Below, in pieces: positions 50,730 to 64,000 of a DNA stretch of 64,000 bases. Each line of letters begins with the position of its first letter. Position 1 is the first letter of the stretch. The notes under the pieces are model-generated. The model did no database searches, had not been told where the DNA came from, and saw only the letters and a program-made list of their open reading frames with translations. Position numbers and translations under genes: made by a program. The DNA is from Octopus sinensis. Lineage: Eukaryota. The stretch lies in NCBI RefSeq assembly GCF_006345805.1, contig NC_043023.1, positions 6,634,001-6,698,000 on the forward strand, given 5' to 3'.

Positions 50730-51131
50730 TGTATGTATGTATGTATTGGGATACTTGGAACAAAACCTATATAAAAAAATTGAAGAGAACTATGGCATGA
50801 CCTTTAAAAGATATATAGAGGACACATGGAGAAGATACCTCAATGGATGTTTCCTAATTTGGACTAAATTCCTTGAAAATCTGGAAGAATTCAGCACCCT
50901 CCTCAACAATCTACATCCTAGTCACAAATTCACAAGAGAAATGAGCAGCACACAATTACCATTTCTTGACATAATGGTAATTATTTTTAATTACCAAAAT
51001 CACAACTGATATTTATTACAAAAGCACAGATATATACCGGTACCTAAATTTCAAATCATGTTACCCAATACATACAAAACACAACATCCTGTACTGTTTA
51101 GCCAGGAAAATTTGTACCATAGTCGATGATC

Positions 51132-51179
<48 letters not shown>

Positions 51180-51419
51180 CACATATATATATATATTATA
51201 TATGTGTGTGTGTATATGTTTGTGTGTCTGTATTTGTCGCCCTAGCATTGCTTGACAACCGATGCTGGTGTGTTTACGTCCCCATAACTTAGCAGTTCGG
51301 CAAAGAGACCGATAGAATAAGTACTAGGCTTACAAAGAATAAGTCCTGGGGTCGATTTGCTCGACTAAAGGCTGTGCTCCAGCATGGCCACAGTCAAATG
51401 ACTGAAACAAGTAACAGAG
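50518..51419 (+). mobile_element. Family A SINE interrupted in its microsatellite linker by a Penelope RT fragment
   Basis: Head 50518-50700, tail 51215-51419. Confidence 0.8.
50743..51137 (+). mobile_element. Penelope-like RT fragment (duplicate of 52048-52444)
   Basis: LGYLEQNLY...WRRYLNGCFLIW...LHPSHKFT...LPFLD. Confidence 0.85.
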
Positions 51420-51774
51420 TATCCACATTACTGCAAATAAGTTAACACAGTAGGCTCTACATGATATCTCACTCTGCTAGAAACAGCAGCTAAATAACTT
51501 CACAAGCACACATAAACATATTCATACAGACAAATGACTCAGAGGAGGAAGGTCAGAGGTCAAGTGTATCAAAAGTGATTGTTGTTGCTGTTGATTTTAA
51601 GTGGTTGAAGGAGATGAGTAAGGAGTCATTGCCAAGATTACATCCTTGTTGTACGTGTGTGTGTGTGTGTGTGTGTTTGTATGTGAGTATGTGTGTTTGT
51701 ATGGTGTGTATGTGTTTGTATGTGTGTGTGTGTTTGTATGTGTTTGTATATGTTTGAGTGTGTGTGTGTGTGTC

Positions 51775-52660
51775 ACATCTGCCCCAAACAACAGAATCCG
51801 ATTCACTGTTAGTTTTGATGCAACATATTTATATACTAACATTCCACATGATTTGGGACTTACTGCCATAAAATATCGGAGTCAAGAGACATAGAGAAGC
51901 AATCCCCAGGAGATTTACTTTAATCTTCATACTAGACACAGTCAGTCTCATCAATGAAAATAATACATTCCTTTCCAATGGAAAAACTACCTCCAAATTT
52001 AAGGCACAGCAATGGGGACGCAATTTGCTCCAGTTTTCGCAAACTCAGTATTGGGGTACTTGGAACAAAACCTATATATAAAAAAAATTGAAGAGAACTA
52101 CGGCATGACCTTTAAAAGACATATAGAGGACACATGGAGAAGATACCTCGATGGTTGTTTCCTAATTTGGACCAAATTCCTAGAAAATCTGGAAGAATTC
52201 AGCACCCTCCTTAACAATCTACATCCTAGTCACAAATTCACAAGAGAAATGAGCAGCACACAATTACCATTTCTTGACATAATGGTGATTAAAAACAACA
52301 CCAAAATCACAACTGATATTTATTATAAAAGCACAGATACATACCAGTACCTAAATTTCAAATCATGCCACCCAACACATACAAAACACAACATCCTGTA
52401 CTGTTTAGCTAGGAAAATTTGTACCATAGTCGATGATCCAAATACCAGGAATATATGACTTATAGAACTCAAAGGATTTCTGCTCAAGCAAAACTACCCT
52501 CTCCTACTTATAGAAAATAGCATACAATGAGCAAAGGAGAACAACTTAGAGCAACACAAAAAAGATGAACCCATCAAAGGATCACAATACCATTTCTAGT
52601 AACACACAATCTGCATCAACAAAACATTTTTAACATCATCAGCAAAATAAATTTGCCAAT
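51775..52660 (+). mobile_element. Penelope-like element RT remnant
   Basis: SFDATYLYTNIPH...AMGTQFAPVFAN...WRRYLDGCF...LPFLD...TDIYYKSTDTYQYLNFKSCHP; classic PLE RT motifs, degraded. Confidence 0.85.
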
Positions 52661-52678
52661 CGTAAAACAAAGTGAAAA

Positions 52679-53155
52679 ATTAAACCCTTTCGTTACCAAC
52701 CCGGCTGAAACTGGCCCTGGATCTGTAGTACAAATGTCTTGTTTTCAAAAGTTTTGAGTTAAAATCTTCCACCAAACCTTAGTCACAGTTTATGTTCCTA
52801 ACACTAGCTTAATCATAACTAAGTTATTTTACCTAATTCTTTGTTATATTTAAAGTAATTGAAAGAAACACAGAGAATCTCAACAGAAATATGGTAACAA
52901 AAGGGTTAAAGTCACGGTGATATTTTTAACCCTTTTGATATAAATCTGGCTGAAACCGGCTCTGGCTTTGTAGTACAAATGTTTTGTTTTCAGAAGTTTT
53001 GAATTAAAATCTTCCACCAAACTTTAGTCACAATTTATGTTCCTAAAATTAGCTGAATGATAACTAAGTTATTTGACTAAATTCTTTGTTATATTTAAAA
53101 TTAATTGAAAAAAACTCAGAACATCTCAAAATAAATACAGTAATGAAAGGGTTAA
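52679..53155. mobile_element. Two tandem piggyBac-type MITEs (52679-52909, 52925-53155)
   Basis: TIRs accctttcgttacc / ggtaacaaaagggttaa with TTAA-like ends. Confidence 0.75.
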
Positions 53156-53214
53156 GGGTACACTTGTCTGTGGAGTGCTCAGTCACTAGGACATAAAGAA
53201 TATATATACATGCA

Positions 53215-53587
53215 TATCTTTTACTTTTTACTCATTTCTGTCATCAGACTGTGGCCATGCTGGAGCACCGCCAACGAAATATTCCCCAGAATTTATTTTC
53301 TTTTTAAGCCTGTTACTTATTCTATCGGTCTCTTTTGCTGAAACCCTAAGTCATAGGACCATAAACAAACCAACACTGGTTCATAGGGGACAGACACAAA
53401 CACAATAACAAACACACACACACACACATATATATGCAACAAGCTTCTTTCAGTTTCTGTCTACCAAATCCGCTCACATGTCCTTGGTTGGCCCAAGGCT
53501 ATAGTAGAAGTCGCATGCCCAAGGTGCCACGCAGTGGGACTGAAACCAGAACCATGTGGTTGGGAATTAATCTCAGTCATGCCTGCA
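53215..53587 (-). mobile_element. Family A SINE, diverged
   Basis: Matches 271-720. Confidence 0.75.
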
Positions 53588-53619
53588 GCTTATATAACTA
53601 TCAATTTCAAATTTTAGCA

Positions 53620-53785
53620 CAAAGCCGGCAATTTCAGGTGAGCAGGTAAGTCGATAACATCAACCCCAATACACAACTGGTACTTAATTTATCAACCCTG
53701 AAAGGATGAAAGGCAAAGCCGACCTCGGTGGAATTTGAACTTAGATTGTAGAGATGGGTGAAATGCCACATTCTGCAGTTCACCA
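53620..53785 (-). mobile_element. Nin-domain SINE
   Basis: gaaaggatgaaaggcaaagccgacctcggtggaatttgaac. Confidence 0.65.
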
Positions 53786-54039
53786 CTTTAAAAATATACT
53801 ATAATAATACTCTTGTGTTTTTCTCTGTCACAACATATGAGAAAGGAAGGAGTGATGGCAAGATGGTAGTGGAAGCGTATATACCAAATCCACTCACAAG
53901 GCTTTGGTCAGCCCGAGGCCATATTAGAAGACACTTGTCCAAGGTGTCACGCAGTGGAACTGAATCTGGAACCATGTGGTTCGTAAGCAAGCTACTTACC
54001 ACACAGCCACTCCTATGTCTATGATGTATACTAATGAGG

Positions 54040-55460
54040 AAGACCTCTACATGGTAACCAGATATGTTAGAAATACCTGCCAAATCTCCCTCAAATTGCC
54101 CCTTTCTGTTTTATGTCTGTATATATGAACCAATGAAGGAAATCTCTACATCACAACTAGACCTGCTAGAAACAACAGCCAAATTCCTCTCAAATCACAT
54201 TCTGCTGTCTTTATGTCTGTATATACCTATGCATGAGCTAACAAGGGAAACCTCTATATGGTAACTGGACTTCTTAGAAATAGCAGCCAAATCTCTCTCA
54301 GACCACATGCTTGTGTCTTAAAATACATTAAACAATCTAGACCTGTTAGAAATAGCAGCCAAATCTCCCTCAAATCACATCCTACTGTCCCCCATCTGTA
54401 TATATGTATAAGCCAACAAGGGAAACCTCTATAGGTAACTGGACTTCTCAGAAATAGCAGCCAAATCTTTCTCAGACCATATGTTTGTGTCTTAAAATAC
54501 ATTAAACAATCTAGACCTGTTAGAAATAGCAGCCAAATCTTCCCCAAATCATATCCTAATGCCTATGTGTGCATGACATTGAAGGCAACCTCTTCATGGT
54601 AACTTGATATACTACAAATAGCAGGCAAATCTCCCCAAGACACACCCAACAGGTTTATATATGTATATATGCTAATGAAGGAGACCTCTACATGGTAATT
54701 AGATATGTTAGAAACAGCAGTCAAATCTCTCTCAAACCACATACTTGTATCTTAAAATGCATTAAACAATATTGACCTGTTAGAAATAGCAGCCAAATCT
54801 CCCTCAAATCAACCCTACTGTCTTACATCTGTATATATGTATAAGCCAACAAGGGAAGTCTCTTTATGGTAACTCGAATTGTTAGAAACAGCAGCCAAAT
54901 CTACCTCAAAATGACATCCTACTATCTCATGTATACATATATGTATATGACATTGTTGGCAACCTCTACATGGTAACTAGATATGTTGGAAATAGCAGTC
55001 AAATCATTCTCAAATCACCTTGTTGTGTCTTAGGATATATTAAGCAATGCAGACCTGCTAGAAATAGCTGTCAAATCTGCCTCAAACCACACCTTACTAC
55101 CTTACTTTTGTATATATGAGCCATTGAGGGAAACCTCTACATGGGAGCTAGATATGCTAGAAATAGCAGCCAAATCTCCTTCAAATCACATCTTACTATC
55201 TTATGTATGAGCCAATGATGGAAACTTCTACATGGTCACTAGATATGCTAGAAATAGCAACCAAATCTTCAGATCACACCCTGTCTTATGTATGAGCCAA
55301 TGATGGAAACTTCTACATGGTCACTAGATATGCTAGAAATAGCAGCCAAATCTTCAGATCACACCCTGTCTTATGTATGAGCCAATGATGGAAACTTCTA
55401 CATGGTCACTAAATATGCCAGAAATAGCAGCCAAATCTCCTTCAAATCACATCCTACTGT
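54040..55460. repeat. Degenerate ~70-100-bp tandem array
   Basis: Recurrent gaaacctctacatggtaactagatatg(c/t)tagaaatagcagccaaatct. Confidence 0.8.
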
Positions 55461-55639
55461 AATAGAATACATTAAATGTAATGTTTGATATACCTCTAAA
55501 ATTAATTTTAAAAAATTAATTAACTCGACTTCAGGCTGAACAACAACAACGACTACAACAGCAAAAACATTGGCAGTAACAGACATTACAACCACGACCA
55601 CCGCCATATGCACATCCCAACCACTTGTACTGTTTGGTA

Positions 55640-56486
55640 TACTGATACATGCATACCACCGCCATTGCTGCCACCATCACCACATACCACCACCACCACC
55701 ACCACCACTACCACCACCACACAGACACACATAGCATTATCACCATCACCATCACCACCACTGTCATTCTGGTATACCTAGCATCACCATCTCATCATCA
55801 TCATATGCATCACCATCAACTTCACCATCATCTTCATCATCATCATCATCATCTTCATCATCATCATCATCATCTTCATCTTCATCAACATCATCATCAT
55901 CATCATCACTGCCATTATCATCATCATCATCATCTTCATCTTCATCAACATCATCACTGCCTTTATCATCATCATCATCATCAACATCATCACTGCCATT
56001 ATCATCATCATCATCATCATCATCATTGTCTACCATTATCATCATCATCATATCATATATCATCTCTACCATTACATCATCATCATCATCAACATCATCA
56101 CTGCCATATCATCATCATTGCCATCATCATCATCATCATCATCATCATTGTCTACATTATCATCATCATCATCTCATCATCATCATCATTGTCTACCATA
56201 TCATATCATCATCATCATCATCATCTCATTGTCTACCATTATCATCATCATCATCATCGTCTACCATTATATCATCATCATCATCATCATCATCATCATA
56301 ATCATTGTCTACATATTATCATCATCATCAATCATCATCATCATCATTGTCTACCATTATCATCATCATCATCATAATCATCATCATCGCTCTACCATTA
56401 TCATCATATCATCATCAACATCATCACTGCCATTATCATCATCATTGCCATCATCATCATCATCATCATCATCATTGTCTACCATT

Positions 56487-56518
<32 letters not shown>

Positions 56519-56529
56519 TGTCTACCATT

Positions 56530-56562
<33 letters not shown>

Positions 56563-56660
56563 GTCTACCATTATCATCATCATCATCATCAACATCATCA
56601 CTGCCATTATCATCATCATTGCCATCATCATCATCATCATCATCATCATTGTCTACCATT

Positions 56661-56692
<32 letters not shown>

Positions 56693-56703
56693 TGTCTACC
56701 ATT

Positions 56704-56735
<32 letters not shown>

Positions 56736-57830
56736 TGTCTACCATTATCATCATCATCATCATCGTCTACCATTATCATCATCATCATCATCAAATCATC
56801 ATCATCATCATTGTCTACCATTATCATCATCATCATCATCATCATCATCATTGTCTACCATTATCATCATCATCATCTTCATCTTCATCAACATCATCAC
56901 TGCCTTTATTATCATCATCATCATCATCGTCTACCATTATCATCATCATCATCATCAACATCATCACTGCCATTATCATCATCATCATCATCATCATCAT
57001 CATTGCCATCGTCATAATCATAATCATCATCATCATCATCATCATCATCATTATATACAGCAGCCAGCAGCACTTATCACCATTTCATACCAGTGGCTCT
57101 CCACTACCACCACCACCACCACAGACTAGTAGCATCATCATCATCACCATCATCATGTACAGCACTAACAAACAATACTACAACCACCACCATCGCTGCA
57201 ACCCCCAACCATCCCACTGCCACTGCAACAATCACCACAATCATCGCCCCACCCTGTCCCATCATCATCATCATCATCACAACTGCTAACACCTTCACCA
57301 CAACCACCACCACCACCACCATTAACATCAGCAGCAGCAGCATAATCACCACCCCATATTCACCAAATCCACCACCACCACCACCACCACAACCATCATC
57401 ATAAGCAGCAGCAGCAGTAGCGTAATCATCAACTCCACCTTACCACCACCACTACCACCACCACCACCATCACCATCAGTAATAGCAGCAACATCATCAT
57501 CATCATCATCGCCACCACAACCATCACCTCCACCATCACTACTACCACCACCACCACCACTACCACACCACCACCACCACCACCATCAGTAACAGCAGCA
57601 ACATCATCATCATCATCATCATCATCATCGCCACCACAACCATCACCTCCACCATCACTACTACCACCACCACCACCACTACCACACCACCACCACCACC
57701 ACCATCAGTAACAGCAGCAACATCATCATCATCATCATCATCATTGCCACCACAACCATCACCTCCACCATCACTACTACCAGCATCGTCAGCATCATGC
57801 CACCACCACCACCGTCGCCATCATCATCAT
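55640..57830. repeat. (CAT/CAC)n with higher-order units (cattgtctaccattat; ~120-bp unit x3 at 57400-57780)
   Basis: Direct reading. Confidence 0.85.
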
Positions 57831-58029
57831 CATCACTCCACCCCACCCCCCATCCCCACCCCGCCAACACAGTCACTGGCCGCAGTAGTAAACAGAGAAC
57901 AGCACATCTGATTGCCATCATTATTGCTGCTGCCAGGAAGAGTAGAAGCACAGCAAGCAGAGGCTGAAGAGGAAGAGAGAACCATCAACAAACAGCACCA
58001 CCTGTGTCAGCTGTTGTGGAGATGAGGAG

Positions 58030-58930
58030 GAGGGGAAGCGAGAAGAGGAGGGGAGGAGAAAGAAGGAGGGAATAGAGAGAAGGAGAGGGGTGTGGTGGAG
58101 GAGGGAAGGAGGAAGAAGGAGGAGGAGAATTGGAAGAAGGGAAAAAAGGGAGGAAGGAGTGAAGGAAAGAGGTGCACAGAGAGAGAGAGAAAGAAGAACA
58201 ACAACAACAAAGAAGAAAGAAGAAGAAAGGAGAAGAAGAAGAACAACAACAACAACCAAAGAAGAAAGAAGAAGAAAGAAGAAGAAAGAAGAAGAACAAC
58301 AACAACAAAGAAGAAAGAAGAAAGGAGAAGAAGAACAACAACAACAAAGAAGAAAGAAGAAGAAAGAAGAACAACAACAACAACAAAGAAGAAAGAAGAA
58401 AGGAGAAGAACAACAACAACAAAGAAGAAAGAAGAAAGGAGAAGAAGAACAACAACAACAAAGAAGAAAGAAGATCAAGAACAACAACAACAACAAGAAA
58501 GAAGAAGAAGAAGAAAAAGAAGAAGAAGAAGAAGAAGAAGAAGGAATGAAAGAAGGAGGAAGGGAGAAAGGAGAGAAGGAAAAAGAAGTGCAGAGAGAGA
58601 GAGAGTGCAGGGGGAGAGAGAAAGAAAAGGGAGGAAGGAAGAAATGGAGAGAGAGAGAGAGAGAAGAAAAGGAAAGAAGGAAGAAAACAAACAGGGAAAG
58701 GAAGGAACGAAGGAACAAACGAACGAACGAAGGCAGGCAGGAAAGAAGGAATAAATAAATAATAAAGAAAGAAAGGAAGAATGAAAGAGTGAAGAGATGC
58801 ACAAAGATGAAGGAAAGCAAAAAACAGGGAATGAAAGAAAGCGAAGGAGAAATAGGAAAAGAAAGGCTGAGAGAAGAAAAAATGCCATGAAAGAAGGGAA
58901 GGAAAAAGGATTTTTAAAAATGCAAAAAAA
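58030..58930. repeat. Purine-rich (GAA/CAA/GA)n tract
   Basis: Includes an aagaagaaagaagaaaggagaagaagaacaacaacaac higher-order repeat. Confidence 0.85.
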
Positions 58931-59149
58931 AAAAGTATATATATATGAAGAGAGCAAGTAATCTCCTCCTCGGCACCCCCCCCCCAGTGTCTTGGATTGC
59001 CACCACCACCACCATTACCACCACCGCAACCATCGCAATCAGCATCATCATCATCAGCACCACTGCAGCTGCCACAGGCATCACCATCGACACTGCCAGC
59101 GCCGCTGCTGTTTATCGCCATGACAACAGGTGGCTGGCAGCCTTATCAT

Positions 59150-60318
59150 CACCATCCGCGTCATTATCACCGTCACCACCACCACCACCACCACCATCAC
59201 CATCATTATCACCACCACCACCACCATCACCATCATTATCACCACCACCACCATCACCAACATTATCATCATCATCAGTATCATTATCACCATCACCACC
59301 ACTACCACCATCACCAACATTATCATCATCATCACCACCACCATCATCATTGCAACACCATCGTCAGAATCATCACCAACACCATCAGTATCATCATCAT
59401 TACCATCATCACCACCACCACTACCTTCACCACCACCATCACCGACAGTATCATCATCATCGCCATCATTATCATCACCACTACAACCACCACCACCAAC
59501 ACCACTACCACCATCATTGCATCACCACCACCATCACCAACAATATCATCATCACCCCCACAACCACCAACACCAACACCATCGTCATCATTGCATCACC
59601 ATCGTCAGTATCATCATCACCACCACCACCACCACCGCCTCATCATTACCCTCATCACCACCACCATCACCATCGCAACCACCACCTCCATCATCATCAT
59701 CACCACCACCACCACCGCCACCATCATTGCCCTCATCACCACCACCATCACCATCGTTATCATCATCACCATCACAACCACCACCTCCATCATCATCATC
59801 ATCATCATCACCATCACCACCACCATCACAACCACCACCTACATCATTATCATCATCATCATCACCACCATCATTGCCCTCATCACCATCACAACCACCA
59901 CCATCATTGCCCTCATCATCATCATCATCACCATCACAACCACCACCTCCATCATCATCAACATCCTCATCATCATCATCTTGTTTCCTACTTTCATCCC
60001 GACCGACCGCAGCCACCATCCATGCTCTTCCTTGTAACAAGCCAACACAGAAACACTCTGCCATTTATCCTACACTCCACCACCACCAACACCACCACCA
60101 TCCCCGATCATCCCATCTGCCAACTTCTCCACCACCACCACCACCACCACCACCACAAAATTCCATAGCCACTACAGCTACTAATACTACCATTTACTAA
60201 CACCACCACTGTTACGACTAATGCTACCTCTACCACTTGCTCTAGTAATAGAGTTGTTACCAGTGCCAACACCACCACCGCCACCACCACCACGACTATA
60301 AAGACCATAAATTAGTAA

Positions 60319-60350
<32 letters not shown>

Positions 60351-60390
60351 ACCATGACTATTACTACTACTACTACCACTGCTGTTGCTA
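59150..60390. repeat. (CAC/CAT/CTA)n low-complexity tract
   Basis: Direct reading. Confidence 0.85.
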
Positions 60391-60877
60391 CTATTGGCGC
60401 TTTGCCAATGCTGTCATGACTGTTATTGTAGTTAACAGGCAGTGTATGTCTGACATACATACGTGTGTGGTGTGTGTGTGTGTGTGTGTATACACTCGTG
60501 GGGGGGTGTTGGTATGTCTGTGCGAGTGTGTGAGTATGCACATACACAGTGGAAACTGCTTATTGTAATCATAGGTTATGCAATCAACCAATTATTGTTA
60601 TCAAATTATATATATATATATGCATATATGTAGTGTGGTGTAATATAATATAATATATATATATATATATTATGAGAGAGCGAGAGAGAGAGAGAGAGAT
60701 GGATAGATAGATAGATAGGTGATAGATAGATAGATAGATAGATATACATACACATATATATATATACACACACGTGCACACATATATAACAAACACATTT
60801 ATGTACATACATTACTATGCATAGTTATTTAAAGAACTACGTATCTATATATATACAATACACACATGCATATATAT

Positions 60878-60924
<47 letters not shown>

Positions 60925-60957
60925 ATATATATGTATTATATATATATATATAATATA

Positions 60958-60996
<39 letters not shown>

Positions 60997-61641
60997 TATA
61001 ATATATATATATATATATAATATATATATATATATATGTATATATGTATACACACACACTTATGAACACATACGCACAGTTATTTAAAGAAATATATATC
61101 TATATACATACACATTGATATATATATATACACACATTGCAAACACATATACACACATATGCATGCACACAGTTCAACATATGCACATATATTTATATGT
61201 ATATACATACATAGAGTTCAACACACACTGACCCATATATATATATATATATATAATATATATATACATACATACATGCATACATGCACACCACACACAC
61301 TCTGACACAAAAAATATTATTCAAGTGGTGGCCCAGCATGGCTGCAGTTAAATGACTGAAACAAGTACAAGATAAAAGATATATATATTATATATATATT
61401 TATTTATATATATTTAGATACACATACACACATTGAGATATATATACAGACTTCAACACACACATGAACATATATATATATATATATATACACATGCATA
61501 GTTATTTATAAAAATAGATTTATATATATATACACACACACACACACAAACACATATATACTTCAACACACACACATATATATTTCAACACACACATGCA
61601 CACACACAGATATATATACACAGACTTCAACACAGACACAA

Positions 61642-61696
<55 letters not shown>

Positions 61697-62399
61697 GTGA
61701 GAGAGGAAGAGAAAGAGAGGGACAGAGAGAGAGAGAGATGCAAACACACATATATTCTTCAACACACACACATACACACACTCATACACACAAAAGCACC
61801 CACTTATTACAATCACAGCTTATATAACCAACTGCTTATTGTTACAAAAATTAGCAGAGCCCAAACTCTTTACAAGTTCAACGTTTATCAGCCGGTCTGT
61901 GTACATATGCACATGAGTGTGTGTGTGTGTTTGTAAGCGCATGTGTGTTGCTTATGACGTCAGAAGCATTGAACATGAGATGAACGTCAACAAATGAACG
62001 TTTCTTTTTCCTTTTTTCGTACCATTTCTTCAGAGCAGGTATCACTGGAATATGAGGCCTACCATTAACCATTTAACCATTTAAGAATATTGTATCACGT
62101 TAAAAAAATCTCTGCTGAAGATAGAAGCAGGATACAAACCAAAAATGTATCGCTTGTGAGCTACTTTAATGTGGCAGTCCTCTTAAGAGGTGACGATACT
62201 GCAGTTAAAACCCAGGAAGACATTTCCTTGGTGGTGGGCACTTGTTGCCAGGCATGGCTGCAGTTTACCTTGCTTGCAATATATAGAAAACACAGTAGTA
62301 AAAATTGTTTGCCAACATAACATGGCAGTCCTGGTTTAGGACTAATGTTGCTGTAATTTAGCCCCAAGAGATATCATCTCCAGCTGGCTATACAACACA

Positions 62400-62434
<35 letters not shown>

Positions 62435-62483
62435 TGTATGATATATGTATACATGTATATCTTTATATATATGTATATATATA

Positions 62484-62521
<38 letters not shown>

Positions 62522-62779
62522 GGTTTTTATCATGATAAATGTATTATAAGCACCTGGTCCTACCGCTTAAGTTTCAAATTTAGTTCATGTAGTTTCTTCA
62601 ATAAGAACAATCATGATTTTATTTCTGTAAGAAATATTGTTTAATTCTATTTGATTATCTATTTAACTATTATTGTTATTATTGTTGACCTGAGGAGTGA
62701 CTATACTTTTAAATTGAATTGTTTTTCGATTAAATTTAAATACAATGTGGCTATACAACACAATGTGTGTGCGTGTGTG

Positions 62780-62825
<46 letters not shown>

Positions 62826-62828
<3 letters not shown>

Positions 62829-63012
62829 GAGAATTTACAAAAATGAAAGAAAAAGACAGGTGGTGTAGAAAATAAACATATGTATTAGTATAACGCTCGG
62901 GAATTGAAAAAGTCTTTAACGTTTCGAGCTTACGTTCTTCTACAGAAAGGAATACAGAAAGAAACAAGGAAAGAAAAAAATGTGTAGTGGCTAGCGATCT
63001 ATCATGGCGATA
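62826..63012 (-). mobile_element. Penelope-like terminal fragment with a variant hammerhead-like motif
   Basis: Reverse complement of 62914-62949: CTTT-CTGTAGAA-GAACGTAAGCTC-GAAACGT-T-AAAG. Confidence 0.55.
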
Positions 63013-63263
63013 TATATATATAATTATATATAAAAAAACGTTTTGCATAAGTTTTTACCGATCATGGCTTTTTCCATACCGAAACTACTTGGTAAAATTT
63101 ATTAATTATTAAATTAATAATTATTTACCCTATATCTGTAATAATATATATATAATGTATGTGTACCTACAGTATTTTATATACACACACACTCACACAA
63201 ACATATAGTATATATATGTGTGTATATATTTAAATATATGTATATATGTATGTATACATATGG

Positions 63264-63859
63264 GCTACTTTAATGTGGCAGTCCTCTTAAGAGGTGACGA
63301 TACTGCAGTTTAACCCCAGGAAGACATATCCTCCAGCTGGTTTATTCAATGTGCTTCTCACACCTGATATTTATTGCAAGTGAGAGATAACTTCTGTCAC
63401 CATAGCTTCAAGATCATGTGGTTTTGATCTGTATTGCATCTCCTTGGTGGTGGGCACTTGTTGCCAGGCATGGCTGCAGTTTACCTTGCTTGCAATATAT
63501 AGAAAACACAGTAGTAAAGATTGTTTGCCAACATAACATGGCAGTCCTGGTTTAGGACTAATGTTGCTGTAATTTAGCCCCAGGAGACATCGTCTTCAGC
63601 TGGCTATACAACACAATCTGTGTCCTGATATTTTCGAACAAGGGAATCTAGCACCCCCACTCAGCTCAAAACAATATCTGTGTATCGTGATTTCCAGGTT
63701 ATTTCCCTTCCTCAGCACAGAATAATTGCTCAGTTAGATGTGGCGCTGTCAAATTCCCATTCAAAATATATAGTTTTCAAAGTGACAAATTGCTAAATTA
63801 CAGCAACATTAGTCCTAACCCAGGACTGCCATGTTATGTTGGCAAACAATCTTTACTAC
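63264..63859. repeat. Element duplicated from 62159-62400, with a 68-bp inverted repeat
   Basis: Arms 63511-63578 and 63792-63859; 62159-62400 is the same sequence lacking about 63330-63440. Confidence 0.7.
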
Positions 63860-64000
63860 AAAGTACTGTTGCTGAATATCTTACACTGTGAGATTTTAAA
63901 AATAGTAATTTTCTAATAGAAAACACAGGGTTATACAATCACTGATTTTGTAACTGCCACCTGACTGGCTCCCGTGCCGGTTGCACATAAAAAGCACTAT

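Noticed and set aside
55649-60308. Long His/Ser/Pro/Glu/Lys-rich ORFs, including 58945-60168 (+) and 57985-59121 (-)
   Set aside because: Low-complexity repeat translations. Short protein-like stretches near 57850-58020 and 58950-59150 lack convincing paired splice sites or a recognisable domain.
62003-62070. Plus-strand polypyrimidine acceptor (ttcttcag) giving EQVSLEYEAYH*
   Set aside because: Isolated signal with no upstream plus-strand exons found.

Overview
Eukaryotic, AT-rich, very repeat-dense DNA. The SINE families and microsatellite spectrum resemble an Octopus (coleoid cephalopod) genome; this is inferred from my recollection of those families, not from a search. Almost all ORFs in the supplied track are microsatellite artefacts. 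No complete protein-coding gene, rRNA, true tRNA or CRISPR array is supportable. Repeats: >20 copies of a tRNA-headed CORE-like SINE, plus Nin/Deu-domain, Meta/RTE-tail and V-like SINEs. There are also remnants of an R4/Dong-like LINE, Penelope-like RT, mariner, Tc1/maT and piggyBac, piggyBac-type MITEs, several minisatellites and about nine long fold-back (inverted-repeat) elements. The window probably lies in the large introns or 3' end of a minus-strand gene that I cannot name. Evidence for it is a strong 12-nt microexon (46399-46410) and two candidate phase-1 last exons (near 44.2 kb and 14.5 kb). A 100-N scaffold gap at 41685-41784 interrupts that model. The best-supported notable signal is a canonical minimal type I hammerhead ribozyme fold, present on both strands of a fold-back element at 23.3-23.7 kb. 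Repeat boundaries are approximate (about +/-10 bp). Scattered 1-bp indels in the arrays suggest long-read consensus errors.
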